Source of the DNA: Candidatus Obscuribacteraceae bacterium
GTDB taxonomy: Bacteria; Cyanobacteriota; Vampirovibrionia; Obscuribacterales; Obscuribacteraceae
Assembly (NCBI GenBank): GCA_044229845.1
Contig: JBGASG010000007.1
Coordinates: forward strand, 64,001-128,000
DNA length: 64,000 nucleotides
Direction: 5' to 3'
Both the position numbers and the translations under genes were made by a program. The notes beneath the pieces are model-generated. The model made no database searches. It was given only the letters and a program-made list of their open reading frames with translations, and was not told where the DNA came from. This document shows positions 28,261-37,751 of the stretch, piece after piece; position 1 is the stretch's first letter; the number at the start of each line of letters is the position of its first letter.

Positions 28261-29265
28261 TTAACGCGGACGCAGTACATTCACCGCACTGGGAACCACC
28301 TCAAGTAGCACTGGGGTGGTTCCGCTTATGTCGCCATCCACGGATGCCGGCACCTCTGCATAGATGGGGGCGCGCCGCGGTTTGCCCAAGAGTGTCGAGC
28401 GGACGCGATGGGCGAGAGTCTGCATCATCGACAGGGGGCTGCGCTTGCGTACTACCGTAATCTCGGCTCGCTTGATCTTGCGAATGTAATAGGGGGCTGG
28501 GCCGCCAAAAAAGCTGGTGGCGAAGCCGAATCCGAGCGCCAGATAATCAGGCAATTCGTTGGGGCTGAGAATACACAGGTCGAGGTAACCGTCGTTGACG
28601 CTGGCAGTATGAGAAAGCGTGCCGACACCGAGGTCGGGCACGTTCGTGGCGAAGATGCCCGACGCAGCTATATCGAATCCTTCTTCGTCTTCGATTTTGA
28701 CGTGGAAGACCACCGGCGGAGCGCCCAGTGTCTGGACAATGGAGCCGACGTAGGCCAGCATCTTCAAATTGGCTTTGTCTCGGGCGGATGGCAAAGCGAC
28801 CGCATCCGATAAGGGACCAATGCCGGCGGCGATACAGAAATATTCGCCGTTCATGCGCCCCAGATCAACAGTTTCACTGTAGCCGGCGGCGATTACATTG
28901 ATGGCATCGTCGATTGAATCGGTGAGCAGGCTTGGTTCGTAGAAGCCCAGGTTGCGGGCCAGCTGGTTGCCTGTACCCAGTGGAATGATGCCGACCGGGG
29001 TCTTCGAGCCGGTTTCGGAAAGCGCTCCCAGGAGCAGCCGAATTGTGCCGTCGCCGCCGGCGACAACTATCAAGTCGGGATTTGAAATGCCCGCATAGCT
29101 GTCCAGCATTTCTTTTCCGGTCATATTCGGTTGAGTGGCGACGACGGAGACCCGGTAATTCAGGCGTTCACAGAGGGCATGAATGACGCTGCCCAGCCAT
29201 AAATCGGCATTCTCGGCTGTTCCTGAGGCGGGATTATATATAAAAAGTGCAGTTTTTATAGACAC
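28261..29265 (-). CDS. Diacylglycerol/lipid kinase family (YegS/DAGK)
   Basis: YNPASG, AGGDGT, PLGTGNQLARNLG, VDGD. Confidence 0.92.
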   Translation of the reverse strand: MSIKTALFIYNPASGTAENADLWLGSVIHALCERLNYRVSVVATQPNMTGKEMLDSYAGISNPDLIVVAGGDGTIRLLLGALSETGSKTPVGIIPLGTGNQLARNLGFYEPSLLTDSIDDAINVIAAGYSETVDLGRMNGEYFCIAAGIGPLSDAVALPSARDKANLKMLAYVGSIVQTLGAPPVVFHVKIEDEEGFDIAASGIFATNVPDLGVGTLSHTASVNDGYLDLCILSPNELPDYLALGFGFATSFFGGPAPYYIRKIKRAEITVVRKRSPLSMMQTLAHRVRSTLLGKPRRAPIYAEVPASVDGDISGTTPVLLEVVPSAVNVLRPR

Positions 29266-29594
29266 CGTCCGGGATTCGAATTAATCCTAGTTCTGTAAGA
29301 AGCCTACAAGGCTCAACAGTATTGTTGTTTGAAATGCAAAGAAGAATTTCAAGTGAAACGAAACTTCTTGAGGTCATTCAAGAGGAAGGTTAGAATTTCA
29401 ACTTTGTTTGTGTGTTCACTGGAACAAGCTCAACAGTTGGTCGTCTGACCCTAATAGTAATAGCCCGATCTATATCAGGCTGTGGACTTACCAGCTGAAC
29501 TCGCGAGTTATTGACAGTTAACGGGAATTCAGTATTGTACTGTTTAGCATCGTTTTTATTGAAAACCGACGTCTCACTGAAAGGTAGATCGCGC

Positions 29595-30200
29595 GTGAAT
29601 CGAATAACTAACGCAGCTGCAGCGGCGTTCATCTCGCTAACAGCTATCGTCAGTCTTACTTCTGCGCCTGCACTTGCGGACAACGTATCCTCGCCCAGCC
29701 TGGGTGAGGAGCAGATAGCAGACAAGTGCTATCAGACCGGCAAAATTAGAGTTCAAGCCAAGCCGGAAGCGGTTTGGAAGGTTCTGACGGACTACACGCA
29801 ACAAACCAAGGTATTCAAGCGCTTGCGCAAATGCCAGGTAGTTGCTGATAAAGGCACGACCAAAGTGCTCTATCAAGAAGTCCATCCTTCTGGACAACCA
29901 GCCACTTTCGAGTACAAGCTGGAAATGAAGGAAAAGGAGCAATTCCGCTGCCTCGAATGGCACCGGATTGCCGGCGACTTCAAAGAAATGCACGGATTTT
30001 GGAAGCTGGAGCCGACTGACGGTGGCCGCGCCACCAATGTCTACTATGCCAGCTATGTAAACGGTGGTTTCTTCATTCCGCAAGGTTTGATCAAACGGCA
30101 ATTCCGCATCGACACCCCGGCAGTTCTCTCAGCATTGAAAGAAACCGCCGAAGGCGCCACGCAGATTGCCAGCACGCGCAGAGAAGCCAACGCGCCGTAA
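29595..30200 (+). CDS. Secreted SRPBCC/polyketide-cyclase (START-like) protein
   Basis: Signal peptide; PEAVWKVLTDY, GDFKEMHGFWKLEP; GTG start inferred. Confidence 0.8.
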   Translation: MNRITNAAAAAFISLTAIVSLTSAPALADNVSSPSLGEEQIADKCYQTGKIRVQAKPEAVWKVLTDYTQQTKVFKRLRKCQVVADKGTTKVLYQEVHPSGQPATFEYKLEMKEKEQFRCLEWHRIAGDFKEMHGFWKLEPTDGGRATNVYYASYVNGGFFIPQGLIKRQFRIDTPAVLSALKETAEGATQIASTRREANAP

Positions 30201-30229
30201 GCGGACCGACCGGTCTGACTGTCCAAGCC

Positions 30230-30339
30230 GGCTTGCATCAGTTTTGATGCAAGTAGGGGAAATTCTGCTTGCCGGATGGCTCTGCCTCGCAGATCGAGAA
30301 GCAGGAAACCGGGTTTCTGCATCAAAACTGATGCAAGCC
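30230..30339. repeat. 110-bp element bounded by perfect 22-bp inverted repeats whose arms are themselves palindromic
   Basis: GGCTTGCATCAGTTTTGATGCA (30230-30251) / TGCATCAAAACTGATGCAAGCC (30318-30339). Confidence 0.8.
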
Positions 30340-30410
30340 AAATTGGGTAACGGTGCGTTAGCCGGAACGGCGTCGGCCGGCTATCACCTGATACAATTCC
30401 AAATCCTTGA

Positions 30411-30496
30411 GGAGAGGTACCGAAGCGGTCATAACGGCGCCGCCTCGAAAGCGGATGGGTGTCACAGCCACGTGGGTTCGAATCCCACCCTCTCCG
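30411..30496 (+). tRNA. tRNA-Ser (CGA), CCA not encoded
   Basis: Acceptor GGAGAGG/CCTCTCC + G discriminator, anticodon loop CTCGAAA, long variable arm, GGTTCGAATCC; TACAAT -10 upstream. Confidence 0.95.
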
Positions 30497-30524
30497 GGTT
30501 TTTTTCCAGAGAGTAATTGGGCAG

Positions 30525-31622
30525 ATGAAAGTCGGCATTATTGGGTTGCCAGCAACCGGTAAGACCAGTGTATTTAACGCGCTCACCGGAGGCAGTGCCG
30601 AAGTGCACGCTTTCTCGGGCGCTGCCAGTGCGGATGCAAACCTTGGCGTAGTCCCGGTCCCGGACGACCGGCAGGATTGGTTGACCGGTCTATACAAACC
30701 GAAGAAGACTACCTACGCAACGGTTGAAATCGTTGACGTAGCAGGCATTACCGCCGGCACGGGCGAAAAGGGTTTCAGCGCCAACTTCATGACGCATTTG
30801 CGTCAGGTGGATGCGCTGGTGCACGTGGTGCGGGCGTTTGAAAGTGCGGCGGTGCCTCACCCGGATGGCAGCGTCAATCCCCTGCGCGACGCCGAATTGA
30901 TCGAATTAGAGCTGATTCTCGCGGACCTCGGCGTGATTGAAAAACGTCTGGAGAAGCTCGATCAAGAGATACAGCGCAAAAAGGGTCCGGAACGATCGCA
31001 GGCGGAAGCGGAGAAAGAAATTCTCGCTCGTTTCAAAGACGAATTGACAAACGAACGTCCTCTGCGGCAGTTGAAGCTGACCGACGAGGAAGACAAAGTG
31101 GTGCGCGGCTATACGTTTTTGTCCCAGAAGCCACTGCTTGTAGTGGCAAACATTGGCGAAGAAGAAATCGGCAAGGATGCGTCAGTGAAGAAACTGAAGG
31201 CGTTCGCCGATTCAAAAGGCGCACCACTGGTGGGTTTCTGCGCCAAGACCGAAATGGAGATAGCCCAGCTCGACGAAAGTGAGCGCACCGAGTTCTTGCA
31301 GGCGATGGGAATCGGTGAACCCGGACGAGACTTACTGGTGCGAGCGACCTATCAGCTGCTCGACGTCATCCCATTTTTCACGGTCGGCGAAGACGAGGTC
31401 AAAGCCTGGACGATCACCAAAGGCACCAATGCCCAGGAAGCCGCTCGTAAAATCCACTCCGATATCGCGCGTGGATTCATCCGAGCGGAAGTGGCTCCCT
31501 ATAACGCTTTGAAAGAATGCGGCACCTGGAACGGCGCCAAGGACAAGGGGCTGGTGCGGTTGGAAGGCAAGGAATACATCGTCCAGAACGGCGATTGCAT
31601 CAACTTCCGTTTTGCCGTTTAG
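30525..31622 (+). CDS. ychF: Ribosome-binding ATPase YchF
   Basis: MKVGIIGLP..GK, VDVAG, FFTVGEDEVKAW, IHSDIARGFIRAEV, EGKEYIV. Confidence 0.95.
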   Translation: MKVGIIGLPATGKTSVFNALTGGSAEVHAFSGAASADANLGVVPVPDDRQDWLTGLYKPKKTTYATVEIVDVAGITAGTGEKGFSANFMTHLRQVDALVHVVRAFESAAVPHPDGSVNPLRDAELIELELILADLGVIEKRLEKLDQEIQRKKGPERSQAEAEKEILARFKDELTNERPLRQLKLTDEEDKVVRGYTFLSQKPLLVVANIGEEEIGKDASVKKLKAFADSKGAPLVGFCAKTEMEIAQLDESERTEFLQAMGIGEPGRDLLVRATYQLLDVIPFFTVGEDEVKAWTITKGTNAQEAARKIHSDIARGFIRAEVAPYNALKECGTWNGAKDKGLVRLEGKEYIVQNGDCINFRFAV

Positions 31623-31793
31623 TGATGCTTGAGTTTTTTGCCACGAAAAACAGACGCCGCGCCGGCGGGAGAAGCAGAGCAATATGTGCATCCCGGAAAC
31701 GATTGGGGTTCTCCAGAGTAATTTCTCGGGGGCACCGCTTGTGAACGCCGCTACAATACCTAGAAGAAGCAGCTCTCGAGGGCTAGTACCCTG

Positions 31794-32204
31794 GTGTCAC
31801 AGACTGACAGACCTCAAATTATCCTCGTAGAAGATAACCAGATAGAGCGTAGAGTCATCTCTATGCTTGGAGAGAAACTGGGATTGACCGTGACGGCGGT
31901 GGCCACGGCCAAAGCGGCACTGGAGTTGCTGACGGACAACCATAGATTTTCACTGATTCTGATGGACTGGCAACTGCCAGATATGACCGGTCTGGAATGT
32001 ACCGCCGCCATCCGCGAGCGTGAGGTCCGGACTGGCCGGCATGTGCCCATCGTCGCCGTCACCGCCAACGCGTTGCTCGGCGACAAGCAGCGATGCCTGG
32101 AATCGGGCATGGACGACTATCTGAGCAAGCCGTTTACGATGGTGCAATTCGAAGCCACCGTCATGCGTGTGCTGGCAAGCCATGGCGAAACAGTACCGGC
32201 CTGA
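31794..32204 (+). CDS. Stand-alone response regulator receiver
   Basis: LVEDN, ILMDWQLPDMTG, VTANA, DDYLSKP. Confidence 0.9.
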   Translation: MSQTDRPQIILVEDNQIERRVISMLGEKLGLTVTAVATAKAALELLTDNHRFSLILMDWQLPDMTGLECTAAIREREVRTGRHVPIVAVTANALLGDKQRCLESGMDDYLSKPFTMVQFEATVMRVLASHGETVPA

Positions 32205-32217
32205 CCTGGAGAAACTC

Positions 32218-33645
32218 TCAGGAACGCTCCCAGGTGGCATCTCCACCCTTAACGTCCATGACTTTGATGCCGATTGCTGCCAGGCGGTCCCGGATCAGAT
32301 CCGAGGCGGCATAGTCCTTGTTGCTGCGCGCCTGATCCCGCAGCTGCAGCACTAGCTCAACCAGCTCTCTGGCTGTTTCTCCGTTTACCGATTGTGAAGT
32401 ATCGGCAAACGTCAGACCCAGCACCTTGCCGTATTGCACAAGTTTGCCGGCATAAGCGGCGGCGATGTGGGGATCGGCGGCGGCATTGGCTTGGTCGGCC
32501 AGTGAGAACAAGACGGCGCACGCCTGCGGCGTATTGAAGTCATTGTTCATCGCGGCTTCGAATTCTTTTTTCGCAGTGGCGAGATTGTCCTCGACTTGTT
32601 TGTCCAATGCTCCAGTCGAGTCGCTGCCATCAGGGCTTGATGATTTAAGCGCGGCACGCACCAGGCGCTGGGCGGCAGTGCGAACAGCATCCATGGCTCC
32701 GGCAGTGAACTCGATCGGGCTACGGTAATGAGTTTGCAGCAAGAAGAGACGCACCATATCTGGTGTGTAGTCCTTAAGGATGTCGGCGATGGTGGTGAAA
32801 TTGCCCAGCGACTTCGACATCTTTTCTGCGTCGATGCGCACGAAACTATTGTGCAACCAGTAGCGAGCGAACGGCTTGCCATGCAGCGCTTCGGATTGGG
32901 CAATTTCATTTTCGTGGTGCGGGAACACCAGGTCTTCGCCGCCGGCATGGATATCGATGGTATCACCGAGAACGTGTTTGACCATCGTGGAGCATTCAAG
33001 GTGCCAACCTGGACGTCCCCAGCCCCATGGACTCGACCAGCCCGGGTCGCCTTCTGGAGCCGATTTCCAGAGCGCGAAGTCGAAGGGATTGCGTTTTACC
33101 TCCGCCAGTTCTTCCTGACTGCGCACTTGGTCGCGTGCGCCACTTTGCATATCTTCCAGACTTTGCTTCTTGAGTTTGCCGTATTCTTTGAAGGAGGTGA
33201 CGTCGAAATATACGTCTCCACCCGATACGTAGGCATTGCCCTTGTCGATCAGACCGCTGATGAACTCAATCATGCGCGAAATAAATTCGGTGGCGCGCGG
33301 TTCGGCATCGGGCAGCGCGACGTTGAGATTATTCATGTCGCGCCAATAGGTGAACGTAAACTCGCGCGCAATCTGGTCTGGGCGTAACCCACGCTCTTTG
33401 GCGCGTTTGATGATTTTGTCGTCGACGTCCGTGATGTTGCGCACGAGCGTCACCTCATATCCGAGATAACGCAGGTAGCGTTGAATGACGTCCATGTTTA
33501 TGGCCGCACGCGCATGACCGAGGTGGGCCGCATCATAGACCGTTGGTCCGCAAGTGTACATGAGGACTTTGCCGGGTGTGAGCGGCGCGAATTCTTCTTT
33601 CGTTCCGGTGAGTGTGTTGAATACTTTCAGTTGAGACATTTGCAT
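32218..33645 (-). CDS. cysS: Cysteine-tRNA ligase
   Basis: [38 protein letters not shown]. Confidence 0.98.
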   Translation of the reverse strand: MQMSQLKVFNTLTGTKEEFAPLTPGKVLMYTCGPTVYDAAHLGHARAAINMDVIQRYLRYLGYEVTLVRNITDVDDKIIKRAKERGLRPDQIAREFTFTYWRDMNNLNVALPDAEPRATEFISRMIEFISGLIDKGNAYVSGGDVYFDVTSFKEYGKLKKQSLEDMQSGARDQVRSQEELAEVKRNPFDFALWKSAPEGDPGWSSPWGWGRPGWHLECSTMVKHVLGDTIDIHAGGEDLVFPHHENEIAQSEALHGKPFARYWLHNSFVRIDAEKMSKSLGNFTTIADILKDYTPDMVRLFLLQTHYRSPIEFTAGAMDAVRTAAQRLVRAALKSSSPDGSDSTGALDKQVEDNLATAKKEFEAAMNNDFNTPQACAVLFSLADQANAAADPHIAAAYAGKLVQYGKVLGLTFADTSQSVNGETARELVELVLQLRDQARSNKDYAASDLIRDRLAAIGIKVMDVKGGDATWERS

Positions 33646-33691
33646 TTACCGAGGCAGACTGGGTTTAACAGGCGGGCCTGGCGGCCCGAGG

Positions 33692-35173
33692 TCATGCCTG
33701 GGGACACAGTTGCAAGGCTGATTCTATGCGAGTCTTCACGCGATCTTTTCCGAGAATGGAGAGCATGATGCCCAGATCAGGACCGGAGGTTTTTCCGCAC
33801 AGGGCGGCGCGTACCGGCCAGTAGAGGTCTTTTCCTTTGAGGGGCGGTTGGGATGATTTGCCGATCTCATCAACAATTGCTTTGCAGCCGGCCGCATCTC
33901 CCCAGGGGAAGTCGTTGAGCCTTTCGAGAATGGCCTTGAGCACAGCCCGCGAGGAGTCTTTCGAAATGACGGAGGGATCCATGGTCGGATCCATTTCGAC
34001 CTGTTTTACGAAGAAAAACTTGCTGGCCGCCGTAATCTCGCAGAGCATGGTCAAGCCTTCGCGCACCGTTTTCACAATCGCCAGCAATTGTTCAGGGGTG
34101 TATTGCTTGGTGTCAAAGTCTTTGAAGAAACCGAGTTCTTCGGCCCGCTCAAGGACAACTTCCAGAGGCAACTCGCGAATGTACTTGCTGTTGAACCAGT
34201 TGAGCCGCGCAATGTCGAACACGGCCGGGCTCTTGCTCAGGCGAGCAACATCGAATTCGCTCCCTGCTTCCGCGAGCGTGAACACTTCTTTGCCGTCCTT
34301 CGGAGACCAGCTCATTTGCGCCAGGTAATTGATCAGCGCTTCCGGCATATAACCGTTTTTCCGGTACGAGTAGACGTGCACCGTCTCGCCGTGCTTGCGT
34401 TTTGAAAGCTTGGCGCGCTCGATGTCGAAGATCAATGGTGCATGTGCGAATAGTGGTGGCGTCTTATCCAGAGCCTCGTAGAGCAGAAGTTGCTTGGCTG
34501 TGTTGTGAATGTGATCTTCACCGCGGATGACGTGTGTCATCAGCATGTCGATGTCGTCCACGACGACGGCGAAGTTGTAGACGGCGATGCCGTTTGATTT
34601 GACGATCACCATATCGCCGCCCAGGTCTGAGCTGTCGATGGAGATAACGCCCTTCACCATGTCGTCCCACTGCAAGATACGCCCGTCATCGACCTTAAAT
34701 CTGATGGCGGGAACGCGTCCGTCGGCTGTGTATTTCTGCACCTGTTCATCGGTGAGCTGGCGGCAGCGGCTGTCATACCGCGGGCCTTCGCCGGAGTCTT
34801 TTTGGTCTTCTTTGAGAGCCGCCAGTTCTTCCGGCGTGCAATAGCAGTGATACGCATGACCGGTCTTGATCAGCTTTTGCGCCACTTGCTCGTAGTGATC
34901 GATTTTCTCTGTCTGCCGATAGGGCGCATAGGCACCACCGACATCCGGACCTTCGTCCCAATGCAATCCGAGCCAATGCAGGCCATCGAGAATGTCTTGC
35001 GTGTACTCCTCTTTGGAGCGCTGTTCGTCGGTGTCTTCCAGGCGCAGTACGAACTGCCCGCCATTTTTCTTGGCGAACAGGTAGTTATAGAGCGCAGTGC
35101 GAGCCGTTCCCAAATGCAAATTGCCGGTGGGACTGGGTGCAATGCGTACTCGGATTTGGACTTGCTGAGACAA
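33692..35173 (-). CDS. gltX: Glutamate-tRNA ligase
   Basis: RIAPSPTGNLHLG, LRLEDTD, HVIRGEDH, KLSKR. Confidence 0.98.
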   Translation of the reverse strand: MSQQVQIRVRIAPSPTGNLHLGTARTALYNYLFAKKNGGQFVLRLEDTDEQRSKEEYTQDILDGLHWLGLHWDEGPDVGGAYAPYRQTEKIDHYEQVAQKLIKTGHAYHCYCTPEELAALKEDQKDSGEGPRYDSRCRQLTDEQVQKYTADGRVPAIRFKVDDGRILQWDDMVKGVISIDSSDLGGDMVIVKSNGIAVYNFAVVVDDIDMLMTHVIRGEDHIHNTAKQLLLYEALDKTPPLFAHAPLIFDIERAKLSKRKHGETVHVYSYRKNGYMPEALINYLAQMSWSPKDGKEVFTLAEAGSEFDVARLSKSPAVFDIARLNWFNSKYIRELPLEVVLERAEELGFFKDFDTKQYTPEQLLAIVKTVREGLTMLCEITAASKFFFVKQVEMDPTMDPSVISKDSSRAVLKAILERLNDFPWGDAAGCKAIVDEIGKSSQPPLKGKDLYWPVRAALCGKTSGPDLGIMLSILGKDRVKTRIESALQLCPQA

Positions 35174-35234
35174 GATGAAATACTGCTTACTGCCGGGAGT
35201 AAGGCATTCTAGCAGAGGCGTCTTGGCGACGCCG

Positions 35235-36083
35235 CTATTTGTTGCTCAAGACAACGCAATCGACCATCGCCACGCCGGAGCCCAGCATGTTGATCTTGCT
35301 GGCGGCGCCGCGTGAAAGATCCAGCACGCGTCCGGCGATGAAAGGACCGCGATCCTTGACTTCTACGACTACCGACGCACCGGTTTTGCGGTTCATAACC
35401 AGCAATTTGGTGCCGAAAGGCAGGGTTCTGTGGGCGGCTGATAGACCGTTCATGTCGAAACGGCTGCCGTCGGAGCACTTACGTCCGTGAAACTTGCCGC
35501 CATACCAGGATGCGTGCCCGCTGAAGCGGCTGGAACCGCTGGCGGCTAATTCCTGTGGGCTGGGCGAGGCACCAGTGAAAGAAGGGGGCAGAAGGGGCTC
35601 TCCGTAAATGTTACGGATGGCATTGACGATTTTGATACCGGATTCGAGGAAAGCTGCATCATCGGAGTCAGAACCGCCTTCAAAAGAGAAGATTGTCGAA
35701 CCTTCCAATTTGATGGCAACGCGGTCGCCTTCGCGAGCCGGCAGCAGGTTGTTGACGTCGAATTTGCGATCGCTGACCATCTCTTGCAGTCGAACTGCCA
35801 GGTCATCAGCCTGTTCGGAGGCTGAGACGGCGCCGGAGCGGCTGCGAAATGCCAGAAGTTCTCTGCCGTTAACGTAGACGGCGGCTACTTGGTCTTCGCC
35901 TTCCATCCAGACGCGCGACACTACTTCCGGTGACATGTTTGCACTCGGAGCGGCGCCGCTGCAGGCTGCTTGAGCACTGGGCGCGCAAGCGTACATGGCG
36001 GCTGCGAAGGCAAAGGCACCACAGATCGTTTTGCGAACCGCTGCTCGTTTGAAATGTTTGGTTTGGAACGGAGACATATTCAT
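35235..36083 (-). CDS. rlpA: RlpA-family (DPBB) lytic transglycosylase with N-terminal extension
   Basis: ASWYGGKFHGR, AAHRTLPFGT, DRGPF..RVLDLS; start uncertain. Confidence 0.88.
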   Translation of the reverse strand: MNMSPFQTKHFKRAAVRKTICGAFAFAAAMYACAPSAQAACSGAAPSANMSPEVVSRVWMEGEDQVAAVYVNGRELLAFRSRSGAVSASEQADDLAVRLQEMVSDRKFDVNNLLPAREGDRVAIKLEGSTIFSFEGGSDSDDAAFLESGIKIVNAIRNIYGEPLLPPSFTGASPSPQELAASGSSRFSGHASWYGGKFHGRKCSDGSRFDMNGLSAAHRTLPFGTKLLVMNRKTGASVVVEVKDRGPFIAGRVLDLSRGAASKINMLGSGVAMVDCVVLSNK

Positions 36084-36787
36084 ATTGCTTCTTCTGCTGC
36101 TGGGTACTCTGGGAAGATCCGCCACACGCATGTCTTATCGGCCATTGGTGTAGAAGCGCCCTGGTGGGCAACTCGAAGCTGCCGTAAGGTAACAAACGAT
36201 TGGTGCCGAGTCAAAGTTATGCATGACAACGTCGAATTTCCGCACCACGCGTGGTATCGCGGGTATGGTGGCAAAAATTTCATACAAGTCTGGTTGACAT
36301 ATACCCGAATATCTGTACGCATGCTTAGCGTGTATGCGAATAAAATCAGGCGCGCAAAACACGTGCTTAAGCGCGGCTAATCCAAAACCCGCATGGGGAT
36401 GTCATCTAGGGATTGTTGCGCGCTGTAAAAGTTGGGTTAAATCACAAGCAGTGTTTTTTACACACTCCACATCTGGTGGCACTGAATTCTGCCAATGCAG
36501 GCACCAGCTTTGGTATCACCGCTGCTGACAACGCGGAGCTGTGAGTCACTATTTGTTTGTAATATTTCGCGACATATTATTGAGCATTCGCGTGCATTAT
36601 GTGTAGTCACATGACTTTATGCGACACCGGCGGGCTTTATCCGCCGCCGCGGAGCCTTATCCGACGGCCGGTGCACCATTGGCGGCATGCTGCGTTTCTC
36701 GCCGGCAAGTAATTCCCATCTATATAAGTAGATGCGAATTCAGGATGCCCGCTAACCAGTTACGGTGCAGCGAGTTGTGCCTGCGGA

Positions 36788-37546
36788 CTAGACGGAAAAC
36801 TCCTGCATCCAGCGCGCATCCATATCGAAGTTGGCAAACACGTTTTGCACGTCATCGTGGTTTTCCAGCACGTCCAGCAAGCGCAGTAGTTTCTTGGCAT
36901 TGTCCGGATCTGTAATCTCGACTGTCGAGAGCGGATCCATTGATGCCTGTGCGGAGACAATCTTGTAGCCCGCTTTCTTCAAGCCTTCCTGCACCGGTTC
37001 TAATTGCAACGGCTGGCAGTACACGATCACCGATTCTTGATCTTCGGTGTCGAGGTCTTCTGCACCGGCATCGAGGGCGGCGATCAGAAGATCGTCCTCT
37101 TTCAATGCTTCCGTTTTCTCGATGACAATCTCGCCGCGCTCTTTAAACATCCAGCCTACACAGCCGGTTTCGCCGAGGTTACCACCGTATTTGGAGAAGG
37201 AACTGCGGATGTCGCCGGCGGTGCGATTGCGATTATCAGTGGCGCAACGCACCATGACTGCCACGCCACCGGGACCATATCCTTCGTAAGTCAGTTCTTC
37301 CATGCGGTCTGAACCGCCAGTGCCGGCGCCCTTTTCGATGGCGCGTTGGATGTTGTCGTTGGGCACGCCTTCTGCTTTGGCGCGATCGATCGCCTGCCGC
37401 AGGCGGAAATTGCCCGCCGGATCAGCGCCGCCGATCGAAGCCGCAACGATTATTTCGCGCGCCATCTTCGCGTAGACGACTCCACGTTTTGCATCGACGA
37501 CTGCCTTCTGGCGTTTGATAGTTGCCCACTTCGAGTGACCAGACAT
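36788..37546 (-). CDS. yebC: YebC/PmpR family protein
   Basis: MSGHSKWATIK, YEGYGPGG, TDNRNRT, DDVQNVFAN. Confidence 0.97.
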   Translation of the reverse strand: MSGHSKWATIKRQKAVVDAKRGVVYAKMAREIIVAASIGGADPAGNFRLRQAIDRAKAEGVPNDNIQRAIEKGAGTGGSDRMEELTYEGYGPGGVAVMVRCATDNRNRTAGDIRSSFSKYGGNLGETGCVGWMFKERGEIVIEKTEALKEDDLLIAALDAGAEDLDTEDQESVIVYCQPLQLEPVQEGLKKAGYKIVSAQASMDPLSTVEITDPDNAKKLLRLLDVLENHDDVQNVFANFDMDARWMQEFSV

Positions 37547-37751
37547 GTCCCTATTTCCCTGACTTCTGAATGTGTGAGACGCGTGTAAACAAGATGCAAT
37601 ATTATAAGTGCCGTAGACGCCAGGTTTTAACTGGAAATTAGGCCGGATAGTGCCGCTCAGTCGCCGTCCGCGATACCATTTGATTTCGCACAATATATAT
37701 TGGCCCGCTCTCGGGTGCCATGTCATTCGGTTTAGTCCGCAGAGGAAAAAC

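Noticed and set aside
30411..30524. tRNA-anchored genomic island
   Set aside because: The tRNA is followed directly by ychF; no integrase and no duplicated tRNA 3' end were seen
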